Of a DNA stretch of 64,000 bases, positions 12,001-26,097 are shown piece by piece (positions within the stretch are counted from its first letter, which is position 1; each line of letters starts with the position of its first letter). Origin of the DNA: the human T2T-CHM13v2.0 reference genome, Homo sapiens; assembly GCF_009914755.1 (NCBI RefSeq), contig NC_060932.1. One strand, written 5' to 3'. The position numbers and the translations under genes were made by a program. The notes under the pieces were generated by a model. It worked only from the letters and a program-made list of their open reading frames with translations, was not told the origin of the DNA and made no database searches.

Positions 12001-15000
12001 GACCTGAGAAGGGTGTCTAGGCAGCTGAAACTATTTGACAGTCTCATCCATGCCCTAGCTAAAGTGAATAAGCTCAAATAATTTTTTCCGTCTTTATATG
12101 ACTACACTCAAGACTGAAGATCAAAATCCAAGATTCAACTAATCTTGCTTGGGTAAATTTGCTAAGGGAAGGGCAGAGGATCTTGACTGCCAGTCCTCCA
12201 GTTTCTTTTTGGGGAAATACTGATTCTCCATTGTATGCGTTATAATCACATACAATGAGTTATAATCATCTCCACAGTTGGCTGAGATGCTGTACTCTCC
12301 ATTGAACAGATTTAAAAAATGAAGGCTATTTAACCTACACGAGTTCTTATAAATAACAGGTGACAACATTTAGCTGAAAACATTTAGCTGAAAACAGGCA
12401 GCTTGATTCTAAAGCTTATATTCCTTACTACGTGCTATTATATCCACTCAGATACAAATTTGGCAAATTCTTTGGATTAAGTTTGTTTTCCTGCTTGTGT
12501 TTTAAAAGTAAGTTGATTATCGAAATTAGGTTTTTGTCAGCATTTATGTGGTAACTGCCACCACAGAAAATCTATAGTGTATGTTTTATTTGTTCATTTT
12601 TGAAGTTATGCCTTTTATTAGTATAATTTATTATATCTCGGTCATATAAGTTATGCAACATTCAGAACATTCTACAAGATAGTCTACTGAAGGTAATTGT
12701 GGAGCACTGATTAATATGCCTTGGAAGAGAAGTTTATTAGCTGTTTAATCAGAGTCACTGATTCATTTCATAGAACAGGATCATGCTCTGTCTGTGTGTT
12801 GGCTGATTGATTATGTTGTAATGATAACTGTAGCCTTTGGAGCTATACTGAAGTATTTTGAAAAGGGAGTATCAATAAACATTACGTTGTCATTAATTCA
12901 GCTTTAAGTCCTTGATACGCTTGTTTGGAATTGATCTCTCAAATATGGAAAACACTATTACGATAAAAGATAAGAGAAGGAATTATTAATATATGAAGGT
13001 GTTGGGATAAATGAGATTCAAGATAAGCATTGTGTTTTAGAAAGTAAAGAGACACAGAAAGAAATTGGACATTTCTTTACTACCTTTTTACATGGAAAAA
13101 TACAGTGCTACGGGACCATTTAAAAATTACTTCTTGTTGGTTTTGGAATCTGTTTGCTGCTTCCATTTGATTGAGTTTGTGCCTGACAGTGTATTGACTT
13201 CAAGTCATGTTTCTTGTTATTTCATGGATGTGAGTCTTCCAGAGCTTAGTGCTGGGACTTGTTTCTTTTTGTCCTCTGTACGAGGTGATTTGGCAGATAC
13301 AAATTCATCTTCTACCTTGAGATAGAATTGATTTATATATAGTCATATAGTCTTTGTTATTTGAGGATAAGTGGTTCTGGAAAAAGACCACTGAAAATGA
13401 ATCCAGTTTAAAAGAGGCGCAAAATTTCAATGAAGTGGAAGGGGGGAAGGTTTGATGGGACTTTATCTTAGTAAAATGAAAATTTATGTTATTTGTTTTG
13501 TATGTCACAGAAATCAGATTATAATTTTAGTTAATAGTTTTAACCTCAAAAAGAGCAAATCAAATCCTGAGTCTTTTTTGGGGAGGGTCAAACATTTTAT
13601 GATAAGACAATATAATATTCTTTATCTTATGTTTGTTTTCATAGTATTTTTTAAAGATTTATCTTTGTAAGAATGTTCAAATGCTTCATCAATTTTTTAA
13701 GAGACTCCTTTGATATCAAAACTATTCTCTTTGAAGCACATTCTAGTTGTCAGTCTTGTCAATTTTCTTTTCTTCCACTGTGAATGCATCTAGCTCGGTT
13801 AGATCTTTGTCTGCTGATGCATTGTATACGAGTGGGGATGTTTCAAGGCCTCCTGTCATCTTTCATCTTTTCCAAGATTGTAATTTCTCTCTGCAGTCAG
13901 TTCATACATATATGTGGTTAAACAGTTCTTAATGATTTTTGCCTGCCATTATCCTAGAGATAATGCACAGATTTAAATCATGGGAAATCAGCAGCATGGT
14001 GGGTGTTCTTCAGAGTTTAAAAGATAAATGCAGTATAAAGGAAAATGCTGTAAGCTGCTGTGTTAGGATAATATTTTTAGACAAATCTGCACATTTTGAC
14101 ATAGAATCCTTTAGTACATTAACAATTCTTAGGGAATTATTTAATTACTCAAGGAAGATATTTCATGCCATGATGGTAGATTACTGTGGTAGAAGATGGT
14201 GAAAGGTGATATTGCACTAATTCTTGAAGCCTGCTTTAAGTGTTAAAGGTACATCATCTCAGTGACAGAAGCATTTCAGTCAGATTCAGTAAAACACAAT
14301 CTGACCGAAGTTATATGTATATTGTGAGATACACTTTGCGGCATAACCATGAATTCTAGAAGCTGTCAGTGGTTGTGCTTGTCCTTGTTTACTAAAAATT
14401 TGATTAATAATTGACTAAACTGATGGTTTGGGTTGCTTATGAAAAGAAATGTTGACCTTAAAGAGGTCAGTCAATCGTACTCTTTTTTGATCAGGAGTGA
14501 GGAGCTGATGGGGACTTATAATAATGCCTTAGATAGAATAGGTCTGTATATTAGCAAGGGGCTTGAGAGTTTCTTGTATCAATTTGGACAGGTGATTCAA
14601 AAAGTCAAACGAACGAACAGGATGGAGGAAAAAGACCTAGCGGTTTGATTGATTGTAGCAGCACTTTCAATCAGTTGTAAGATAACGATGTCATAATAGT
14701 TAGCTCAATTTTATACAAAATACTCCTTGCATTTATTAAGAAAGATAATTATCAAGAAGTCAGGAAATGTTTTGTTAAGAATGCATCTACTAATATCTGT
14801 GTATGTTAATTTGAGGTACTCGGGTGATTTATTTAATGTGAAAATTAAGATGATATCTGCAGTAACCCTTTCATAATGCAACAACTTATCATCCAGGGTT
14901 GGCTTATATGGGTCATGATAAGAAATGGTCTAAGGGAGGGCTATTCTGTACATTTTGTGAAATTGCTATAAATTAATACCACTTTGCTTAATGAACACAT

Positions 15001-15065
15001 GATAAAGTACATGAAATTCTGTAATTTTTTTTTTCTCCAAATCTTCATTTGTATATCCACTTTCA

Positions 15066-15377
<312 letters not shown>

Positions 15378-15759
15378 AAGAAATAATAAAGGAAAATGTC
15401 TAAAATTTGCAATACAAAGATAATCAAATTAATATAAAAAAACTTTCTGAATAATTCCCCATTTTGGAAGTTTGAGTTGTCGTTGTAGGTGTTAGTTGTC
15501 ATTTTAATTTAAATTTTTACAATTGACCAGAGAAACTATTATCAGTGATTATTGTGGAAATATGAAATTTAAAATTAATGTTCTAAATTTTAAATATGAA
15601 ACATTAAAACTAGAAGCATTGAGTTAAACAAAAATTAGAAATTTACTCCAGATTTAAAGAATCTTGATATAATTGAAACTGAAAGTCTCTTGCAGAGCAC
15701 ACATATAGATCTTTATGGAAAACGTCCTTTTTCATTTTTTTCTTTTTTTGGTCCAACTC

Positions 15760-15955
15760 AGTGCATTAGTTATGATAGATTAGGTTGTAAAAACAAATAG
15801 ACTATAATATTTATAATGGCTCAAAATAGACATTTCTGTGCATCTCCCACCACAGTCCGATGCTCGTGTCCAACTCAGGGGGCAGCTTTCCTCTGTTGAT
15901 GATTCAGGGCCCAGGCTCCTCCCATCTTGTGGCTCCTCTTCAGTTCTAGTGGCCA
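15760..15955. mobile_element. Old MaLR (MLT1-like) fragment
   Basis: gattcagggcccaggctcctcccatcttgtggctcc resembles old MLT1 LTR text; identification from memory only. Confidence 0.4.
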
Positions 15956-16585
15956 GTGCTTGTGTTAAGAATTGCCTTTGTCACTAGTTGTATAATCTTG
16001 ATGGGCATGCTATAAACACTTATTTAATTAGCTAGAGTGCCTTTGCCAACTTCTAATAAATAGGGTGAAAGGCTCTGTGGAAAGTTGCTCCCTTTAAATA
16101 ATTTTTCTCTTTTTATTTCTTTTCTTTTCTCCATCCTAGGGGTGGATATATAAATTGAGACCTGCTAAAAATTTAGACAATTTCATGTACTTTGTGCCTG
16201 TGGAGGCTGTTTTTCCCACATACTGAGGAAAAAGAGAACAAAGAAAGAGAAATTATAATTGTTAACATTATGAATTAATTTGAAGTCATCTCCTTTCAAC
16301 ATGACATAGGTGACATGTATTCTATACGCTTGTGTATGTACACAACACACCTGGAAGGAGACACAGAATCTCTTAACAGTGGTTCTGTCTGCTCAGACTG
16401 ATCGGGGGAAACTGGGGGGTTAGGGGCCCTCCAATCAGTGTATAACTATCTCTACTGCTTGCACTTTAGCCTGTGCATAGATTGCTTCTTAAAATAAAAA
16501 CAACCATAATTGTAAGTCGAAAAATAATTATTTACAGAAGTGTCAACCAAGTAAGCAGACATTAATTGCATTTCTCCTGACTTAG

Positions 16586-16720
<135 letters not shown>

Positions 16721-16753
16721 TAAGATCCTAAGCAGGACACACTTCAGAAGTGG

Positions 16754-16850
16754 TCACAGTTTCTACCTTTCCCTCTGTGCTTCCCAGAACTCATCTATCC
16801 AGCTCACAGTTTCTACCTTTCTCTCTGTGCTTCCCAGAGCCCATCATCCA
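16754..16850 (+). repeat. Two-copy 50-bp tandem duplication
   Basis: tcacagtttctacctttc(c/t)ctctgtgcttcccaga starts at 16754 and 16804. Confidence 0.92.
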
Positions 16851-17149
16851 TCAGTGCATTTCTTCACATATATTCAGTCTGCTCACTGGTTGTTCACTTC
16901 ACCTTCTTGTAAAACCTAAACTGAAATGTCACTGTCATCTGATGATGCTGGGTCCTCAGAGCCCTCTTGAGGAGAGGTGCGGTTTGTTCCTAACCCACAT
17001 ATCTCAGGCCCTGGAGGAGAGGGTGGTGTGTCTTCTTTGCTTCCTAATCTTGTTTCCCAATCATTTCCCCCTCTTCCTTCAAGAATCCCAGCACATGTGA
17101 AGTTCATGCCATGAGTCTTTCCTCTCCACTACCTTTCCCTCATCTCCCC

Positions 17150-19278
17150 TTTATAGAACACGTAATATCTCACTGTCACACATGAATTTAGTGATTTCTC
17201 TAGCTCTTGCATCATTTTCTTTCTACCTTACTCCTGTTGCCATTTTGGGGGTGTTCAAAACTCACATGGATGATCTATCCAGAATTTTGGACCTGAAAGC
17301 CCACTTTCTCTTCACCTGCAATGAGTCTTTCTGCCATTACACCTGAGTCTCCTGTCCTAGGGCCATACTTTTACCTTGTCAATACCAACAGTCATGAAAT
17401 TGAAATCTCCATTTCAGGCATTCTACTCTGAATATCATCCTCTATCCTCCTAGCTGTATTCCTCTGGTATTGTCACTTCAGTTATTCTGACTCCAAACAT
17501 TGTCGAAGATCTCTTATCTCAAATTTTAAAAGTCCTTTATCTTGTGTCACACTGTCACCCTTCATAGCAGACTTTCTTGCAGGAGTTTTATGTTGTCACT
17601 TTTTCTACTTTCTCACTTGCTATTCTGGTATGAGCAACATTCAACAAGATCTTTGTTCACTCTCCTCCACTGAGCTACTCCTATCAGAATCTCCATAAGA
17701 AGCACTACTGTGCTTCTTACTCCAGTGGTCACTTTTCTGCTCTTTAAGGTTTTGTTTGTTTTTGTAGCAGCTTGTAACTTAGCTGAGCAATCCTACCTTC
17801 CCAAAACACTCTCTTCTCTTTAATGTTATTATACCCCACTCTCTTGGCTGGATATTGGAGTGCTGTGGGGCTCTGCATTTGACTCGTTTTCCCTCTTCAT
17901 ATTCATAGACTCTTCCCAGCTGATTTTATCCAGTCCCATCACTCATGTCCCACATCTGTGTCAGTTGCTCTCAAATCTCTATCCTTAGCCCAACATTCTG
18001 GACTCCTACATCCTGCCTGTTGTGATGGCCATGAGGAGTCTCAACCACAGCATGGAAGAAATGGGATTCTGGGTTCCCCTTCCTAAAGTCACTCCTTTCC
18101 CAGCTTTCCCTTTCTATTGTTTTCTCAATTCCAAAAATTACGAGTTAGCCTTGGTTCCTGTTTTTCCCTCAACATCCCACATCCAATCCATTAGAAAATC
18201 TTCCTGCATCTGCATTGAAAACTTACAAACATCTCTCCACATCTCTCCATCATCATTACTACTCTGCTCCAGGCCACCAGGATCCCTCTTTGGTGACAAC
18301 AGTTGTCTCCTAACTGACCCACCATATCTTTTCTTATGCCTCCACAATTTATGCTCTCCACAGAAACCAGAGCACCTTTTATAAAACAAATCAGATCATG
18401 TTGTCACCTTGCTCAAAGCCCTCATTGGCTTCCTAGAATAAAGTTCTTTTTGTTTGTTTGTTTTGTTTTGAGACAGGGTCTTGCTCTGTTGACCAGGCAG
18501 GATAGAGTGCAATGGTATGATCATAGCTCTCTACAACCTTGAACTTCTGGGCTCAAGCAATTTTCCTGCCTCAGGCTCCCAAGTAATTGGCACTATAGGC
18601 GCATGCTGCCACATGCAGTTGATTTTGTTTTTCAGTACAGACAAGGTCTCACTGTGTTTCCCAGGCTGGTTTTGAACTCTGGGCCACAAGAATGCTCCCA
18701 TCTCAGCCTCCCAAAGTGCTGGGACTATAGGCGTGAGCCACCGTGCTTGGCCCCACCTAGAATAAAATTCACACTCCTTACCCTAGTTTACAAAATTCTG
18801 CCTGGTCCAGCTCCTGCCTGCCTCTCACATCATCACATCCCATTTCTCCAAACACAATACCTCCCTCCTTCCTTTAGCCTTCTCTTTCTCCCATCCCTTG
18901 ATTATGCCACATGTGCTCCCTTCTCAGGGCCTTTGTACTGGCTGTTTCCCTTCCCAGTGTGCCCTGTCCTTTGAGATTTCCATGGCCAGATTCTCTGTGG
19001 CTTTCAGATCTCACTTAAAAATCACTCCCTCTGTAGTGTCTTCCCTGACCATCCCATCTAATGTGGCCTCCCAGTCACTATCAATATCGGGAAAGCACTT
19101 GTCACTTGCTATTTCTTTCATTATTTGTTTGTTTACTTCCTGCCACCTTTACTAGATTAGACTGCAAGGTTCATGAGAACAGGGGCCTTACTGCTCCTTC
19201 AATGCAATTTCTCTGGAAATTGGAGCAGACCTGTGATAGACAGCTAAGAAACACAGAATCAATGAATGAGTGAATGGA
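17150..19278 (+). mobile_element. L2 element (fragmented), interrupted by an AluJ
   Basis: L2-type pyrimidine-rich text (cccacatccaatccattagaaaatc; tagactgcaaggttcatgagaacagg) ending in aatgaatgagtgaatg; 5' boundary approximate. Confidence 0.7.
18447..18752 (-). mobile_element. AluJ, TSD cctagaataaa(g/a)ttc
   Basis: Antisense dimeric Alu with J-type gagacagggtcttgctctg; TSD at 18432-18446 and 18756-18770. Confidence 0.9.
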
Positions 19279-20744
19279 ACACAAACTAGTCCCCTGTAGA
19301 GCTTAGCCATCATTAATGTAAATAATTTGTGTTTAATGTTATTGACATAATACTATTTGTTTTAAAGCATGAATATACTTTTTTCTTGAGAATGTTCTTA
19401 CTTTATGGGATGTTTCCTTAAACTCTTGGGAAAATTTTTTTGCATGTTGATTTTAAGCAAAATAGTAGAGTGACATTTAATTGAGAAGTTTCCTGAGCCT
19501 TTATGTACTTCACCCTAACCATATATAGGACACATTTGTTTTAGTGAAATGGTACCAATGGGTTCATTCAATTTAAAGGTAAAGCAGTAGTTGAAAGTAC
19601 AGGATTTTAAATGACTGTTTATTCCAGGTTCAGCATTTAGAAAACTATAGTCAAATATTTTCTGGTAGAGTGAGAATTAGAGACACAAAACCGATTGATT
19701 TATAAGACAGACTTAAGGGAGAGTTATTCTTCGTCTCTTATAATGAGTCTTCTTAAATCAGTTATCAAGATGCCCAGAGCAAGTTAGCAAACATTTGGTA
19801 GCTATGATGATGATATATGGTAATTCTGCCATGTGGATTGTAGTATTAGAATTCCCTAGTAAGAGACACTAATTCAAAAATGCAATTATATAAGCCGAGA
19901 AAACATAGGAATACAACATGTATCTTCATGAGAGGGAACAGATTAGGATTAGAGCCAAAAAATAATTAAATTGTTGACATCTCTATTCTAATGAGTTTTT
20001 TAAAATTCCTTTTTACCACATGTGAAAATGAATCTTTTATTATGCTCTTCTAGGTTCTCTGTGTTTGATAGCAAGATTGAGATTGATAGAAATTGGCTTT
20101 TGGAAGATGTAGGAGAGGTTGTTATTTTACTTGTGTGTTACTCGTTAAGAAACTGTAATGTGAATCAAGGTGTTTTAGTGCAATTATTAAAGGTCCCCAT
20201 TTGAGAATGAAATCTTTTTTCATTAAAATTGATCCCATCTTTATCTATGCCTGCCATCAAGACCCAAATCTTTTGCAAAATTAACATTAGTGGACAAATC
20301 ATGATATTATATGGTCTTATGACTGGAATTGCACATTAAACACAGGAAAACTTTAACAAAATTAAAATCCTGCTATTTAGCAAATGCCCTTAATGAATGT
20401 ATTATGTGGATCAAATACAGAGTGGTTAGAAATGGAAATAACAAAATAGTTCAACATGTCCATTCCCTTCCAGGACTGGAGAAGCTGCTTCTCCATCTGT
20501 TCCCTTCACTTAGAATACTTCACTCCTTTATGAACTTCACCTCAGCATATGCTTTCTAAGATATAGAGATCTTTCAGAAAATATGAGTAAAGGGAGCCTT
20601 TTACAAACTTCCATAATGTTGTAATTATATGAACTAGAGACTTGATGAATTTAATTCTAGAATTACATTCTTTAAATAACAGAGTGCTAGATTAGGCATC
20701 CTTGCTCTGGATATTTCTAATATTATTAATCTCAGGAGAAACTA

Positions 20745-21130
20745 GTTTTTAAAAAAGTTATGATGTAGTATTTGATACGTATAACATGATATTGCTTAGT
20801 TTGGCTTGTTTAGGAGTTTTAAAAAATAGTATCATAGCGTTTTTAGTTTCTTGCAATTTATAATTTGTATTCAACATAGTTTCTAAAAATATATATCCAT
20901 TTTGTGTGTAGCAAAAATTTATTCATTTTACCTGCTGCATAATATTTCATTAGTTGAATGTATCACAATTTAATTATTCATCCTCATCAATGGGCTTTAG
21001 GGTTGTCCTGAATTTTTCTACTATTGTATACATTCTTGTATATGTGTCCTGGTGACCATTGCAACACATAATTAGGAATTAAATAATAGAATCAATACAT
21101 TTAAATTTGCAATATTATAATATGCAGCAT
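20745..21130 (-). mobile_element. Old L1M(E) 3' fragment
   Basis: ttcattttacctgctgcataatatttcattagttgaatgtatcacaattt is typical antisense L1M 3' text. Confidence 0.55.
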
Positions 21131-22897
21131 AATTATTTTCAAACTATAGGCTTTTCAGTCTTTAAGCTTCAGTAGAGTCATTTTCTGAAGAGATCAAAAT
21201 CTATCTGAGCTAAGAATTATAGAATTGATCAAACACTTACTGGAATTTTGTGTTGAATATTAATATCTGCAGCCTAAGAGAAATATACAAAACCCATACA
21301 GAGTTCACAGTAAGATCATAAAAAATTGATATATTGAAAATAGAACTAAGTGATGGATTCTTATATATAATCCATGATTATTTTGCCTGTGACTAAAACT
21401 GTTAAGGATATTAAGTCTTTTCAATATGATTGGTTTTAAGTTAGATGTACCAACTTACAAGAAATTCTATTTTTCAAAACACCATGATATTATTTTCCAG
21501 CTGGAAATAATACCTGCATATTAGTTACCTGCATATTAGTCTGATCTGCATTCCTCTCTATAGTCAACCTCCTGTGAGGCCAATTTTCACAGCTACCTGG
21601 GATGAATTCCTAATTTATAGCATTGATTTATGCTTACTAATGAAGAACATTTAGAGGTTGCTTTCAAAATGAACATGGGGAGTGCAAGGTGATGAAGGTC
21701 TGGGGCTGACAAACTGTCCAGTCAGACTAATGAATCGATTTGCTTAGTTTTCTTTATAGAGATGAAGGACTACTAAGTTTGGATGAGGCTTGAGGACAGC
21801 TAAGTCAGGAATATGCAATTTTTTTTCCAAGGAAGGAGCCCAGAGAGTGTGATAGCATCTGAAGATATGTCCCTGGCCTACCCTATCCACACCAGGGCAG
21901 GTATCTAACTGCACGGGATAGGAAGAGGGGGCGTTGCAGTTTGTGTACAGCTACATCTTAACTTGTGCTAGGTGTGTCTACATAACACAACACATTAATC
22001 ATTATTTGACTATATAAAATTATTAGCCAGATTTTGTCACTGAGTCCCATTGAATAGTCTAGGTCAATGGAAATCTCTTGAGTGACTAGGTATTTTTTAA
22101 TCCCCTTGAATCATTTCTTAGAATTTTTCCTGTTTAATTTAATGAAAGAAAAACATTGAAAAAATATTTTTCCTGTGTGCTTAATGATTCAAATACAAAC
22201 ATATATGACTTCCTAATTCATTGTTAGAAATGGTCATCTGTAAAGCTGGATTTTTGACTTTGTGTTACATACTTTTTAAGATTAAAAGCTGGCACTAGAT
22301 GTAATATACACACAGTTTTGAAATGTTTTGGGTATTTTAGAAATAAATAAGGCCTTCATGAAGGATTGCAAAGGTATTAAGAGACTTGTTCAACAAGTAT
22401 ACAGTGATTATATTATAAAAATATGATAGGAGAAATATTTTTATAGCTGGATATCACTGAGCTTAAGAACCTCCAGCATAGCCAATTCTTTGAAGAGGGA
22501 TCATAAGTAATAACTGGAAATTACCAGTTAGTTACTGAAAAATGAGTCATGAAGGTGAAAGAAACTCAAATGAAATTTTAAAATGGCCAGTTGTTAGTGT
22601 CTGTCAGAGTCTGATTGGGCACCGCTAATGTCTTATATTGAGCAAAAGCACATACTCACTCTCCCACCTGTGTACTATCCTTAGCTTAAAACTTGAATTT
22701 ATTTTTAAAAATTAGTATGCAAGTTGCATACTTCATTAAAGCAACCAGTGCTGTTATGAATGGGAGGACAAATGGAAAGATCTCCAGGAGTCTAATGTTT
22801 GATATTGTCGATTGAATTGGTGTCTTTTTTCAAAGAATTGCCTAAAATATATTGTTTTGACATTGTTTTACATTGTTTAGTAACAAAGTCTTTGTGA

Positions 22898-23023
<126 letters not shown>

Positions 23024-25894
23024 TGATTTGTAGATTTTAAATGGGATGCCAATAGTAAATAGAAAACTCCTTTGTAAGACAGATTTCTCACTTGGATAAT
23101 TCACCTGCCATGTATTAGAGCTTAGAAATACTTTGTTAGGTAAAGTGGTTGGGTAGAGAAAAGAGAAAGGTGAGATAAGGGAGGGGAGGACTACTGTGAA
23201 AGTGGAAAATTATATATAGCCAAAACACACTAACATGAAACACAGATACAGAGAAATAGCCGAGTAGTGTCCCATGGCATTCACGGGACTGAAACAGAGA
23301 GCACTGTGCAGAAAAGAGTTAATGAATGAATTTTCTTTAGTTATACTGTTTTATAAGCATATCAGTGATGTTTTGTTCCTATAATATATTCACTGTAAAA
23401 TATAGCAAACTATAGATTTGTCTTAGCTATGTAGTTGTTTTTCATATAGACAGGTTGTCAATTTTCTTGTAAGCAAATTGTGAATGGAGGTGGTTTGTGT
23501 AATTTTAAGTTCTTGTTTTAAATATCTTATTACTCAAAGGTAGTAACTTTTTGCTTCATAGATTTGAAAGTGTGGGATTTAATAAGCTAATTTATGAAAT
23601 CATGATTAGTCACAAACATTAAGTAAAGTTAAAATAAATTGCACTTTCTATTTGAAAAAAAAAAGTTGTCTCTAAAATAAATACTTAGTAAAGTGAATTC
23701 CATTTTTCCCCAATGATTTTAGTTAGAATTTAAAAAATATGCTTCTACGAGAAAAGACAAGATGAAATGCAGTATACTAACTGTTGCTAAATTTTAGTGA
23801 TATTCGTTATACATGTGGGATTGGGACACAGATCAGCTCCCTCCACCTCTCACATACCTTCATTGTCACTCTGGGGTCCCAGAGGGGAGAAGAATATTTA
23901 TAATCTGTCAGAAGCACAGAATTTCAAATGCTCACCTGTAGGCAATTTCTCAATACCATTGTTAGCATCCGAATAAATTGTCAGGTACTTAAAATAATGA
24001 ACTGTGATTGCTGTAGGTAAGGGAAAAAGGAATGCAATGAGCAAAACTCAGGTGGTGCCTGAGACTGAGCACTCAGCTTTGGAGCCATGCTATTGTGTTC
24101 ATCCAGTAGAGAGGTTCCTCAGTGGCTAACTGTGGGGTGGTGTGGAGTTGCCAGACAGTTGGCAGAGGTAGATATCTCATTTCAAATCCCTTTCTATGCT
24201 ACAGACTGTAATGCAGTTGCAGATACTCCCGTGCTAACATGTGGGACCTAGTCGGCTATCTTTCCATAGCAGGATGTACACATTATTTTTTACAAGGTAG
24301 CAGTAATTTATTCTGTGCTTTCTAAGAAGACTATATAGTGACATTTAGAAATGTTATCTAACATGCTAAGAGCTGTCTTGCCTCTGTAACCTGCATGTTC
24401 AAGAGACTACCCAAATGCCCAACTTTGAACCTGAGTTGGGAGGAAGTCAGATAGTAAAAGAAGAACACTAAAAACTTCTACTCTGTTCTTTATTGGACCT
24501 GATTACCCATAATGGGACCATCTCTCCACTGTTGCTTAGGCGCTTCCTTTATTTTCTTCCATTTTTGGCTTTCCCATGGGCATAGAGTCCCTGGCCTTAT
24601 TTCCTGAGAGATTGAATATCCACCCCTTATGTCCCACTTTCTCCCTTTACTCCCCGTGATGTCAGTGCCACTATTAGTGCCATCTGCATTGGTGATCTGA
24701 CTGAGTTGTGATAGTGATTACTATGATTACTGTGCTTTTGGGCAGCTGGAGAACTAGATAAAGAGATGTAAGAGCCCAGGACCTTTGGAGGCATGGCCAT
24801 AAAATGCTGTCTTCCCGTGTATCTGGGCCAGATTGTAAGGGAATGAGATCCTATGAAGGGTGACTTGAATTGCACAGATGGTTCTTGGATTCAATTCGAC
24901 CTGAAAGTTTTGTTGATGCTAGTAAGATTCCAGCCTACAGGTCCCCAGTTCCTGAGGGCAAAAGCATTGTGGAAGGCAGGGCCTAAGACCTTGTTGTGTA
25001 TGAATTAGAAGAAAGACACAAAATTGCAGGATATTTAGTTGTCATAAATTAGTTGTCCTATGGAACCTCTTGACACAAATTCGCAGGCTTGATTTTCTTT
25101 AAAGTAAGATGAAAACATTTATTACATCTTGTATTATTCAACTGGGGCTTTCCCCCTCTTTACTTTTTCTTGAATGTATATAAGCAGCATGTAGCAGGAA
25201 TTTGGCTGTACCTGGTCACTACAAGGTCACTTAAAGAATTTTCAGCCTGCAACTGGATACCATACCCTAGTTTCCTGCAAGTACAATTTAGTTTTCTCAT
25301 GGCTATATCCACTAGGTTCCTGGGGAATTGAATAATAGAAATTTTGAAGATGGATAGGATCTTGGTGATCAATTAATGTACCCCAATAGCATTTCAGATG
25401 ATCGAAATGAGGCCAGGTTTAAGAACTAACTTGTCCATGTTTACCAAGCTGACCAGGACAGAGCTGGAGCTAGAGTTAAGTTTGCTGGGCTTCCATGTAC
25501 ATGTTTTGTGACATAGAGAAGGACCAAGTGGAGAGCAGTGAAGGAACAAGGCATCAGCGTATGGAGGTTGGGTTTGGTTGCACCCAGAAATGATCTGGGT
25601 GCTGCATGAACTTTCTTCCTTTGTTGTTTCCTTGGTCATTTCCAGCATAGCATCTTCATTTCTTTTTGATGAGCTCAGGTTTTAAGTCTGCTATATTTTT
25701 TACTTTACACATGAAGCTCTGATGCAGATGGATCTCAGCAGAGCTGATTAATGTCCCTATGCCAAGTACTCCCCATACTTGGCCCTGGATAAGTTAAATG
25801 AGGGATAAACAGATACTATCAGGCTCATCTGTCATTGCCAAAAGAAAAAACAAGCACCTATACCATATTTAGTTATAAATAATAAAATGGATGA

Positions 25895-25897
<3 letters not shown>

Positions 25898-25938
<41 letters not shown>

Positions 25939-25941
25939 GTA
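25898..25941. repeat. (TA)n microsatellite
   Basis: Directly visible TA run with two interruptions. Confidence 0.95.
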
Positions 25942-25965
25942 TTTTTTTAAGCATGCTTAGAACTT

Positions 25966-26097
25966 TTTCCTTTTTTTAAATTGAGATGGGGTGGTGGTGA
26001 GGAGTCTCATTATCTTGCCTAGGCTGGACTTGAACCCATGATTCTCTCAACTCAGCCTCAGTAGGTGGGACTACAGGCATGCAACACTGGGCCTGGC
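25966..26097 (-). mobile_element. Alu monomer (FLAM-like), TSD cttagaactt
   Basis: gagtctcattatcttgcctaggctgg...gggactacaggcatgc...gcctggc; TSD at 25956-25965 and 26099-26108. Confidence 0.8.

Noticed and set aside
16404-16426. G-quadruplex upstream of an exon
   Set aside because: Only three separate G-runs.
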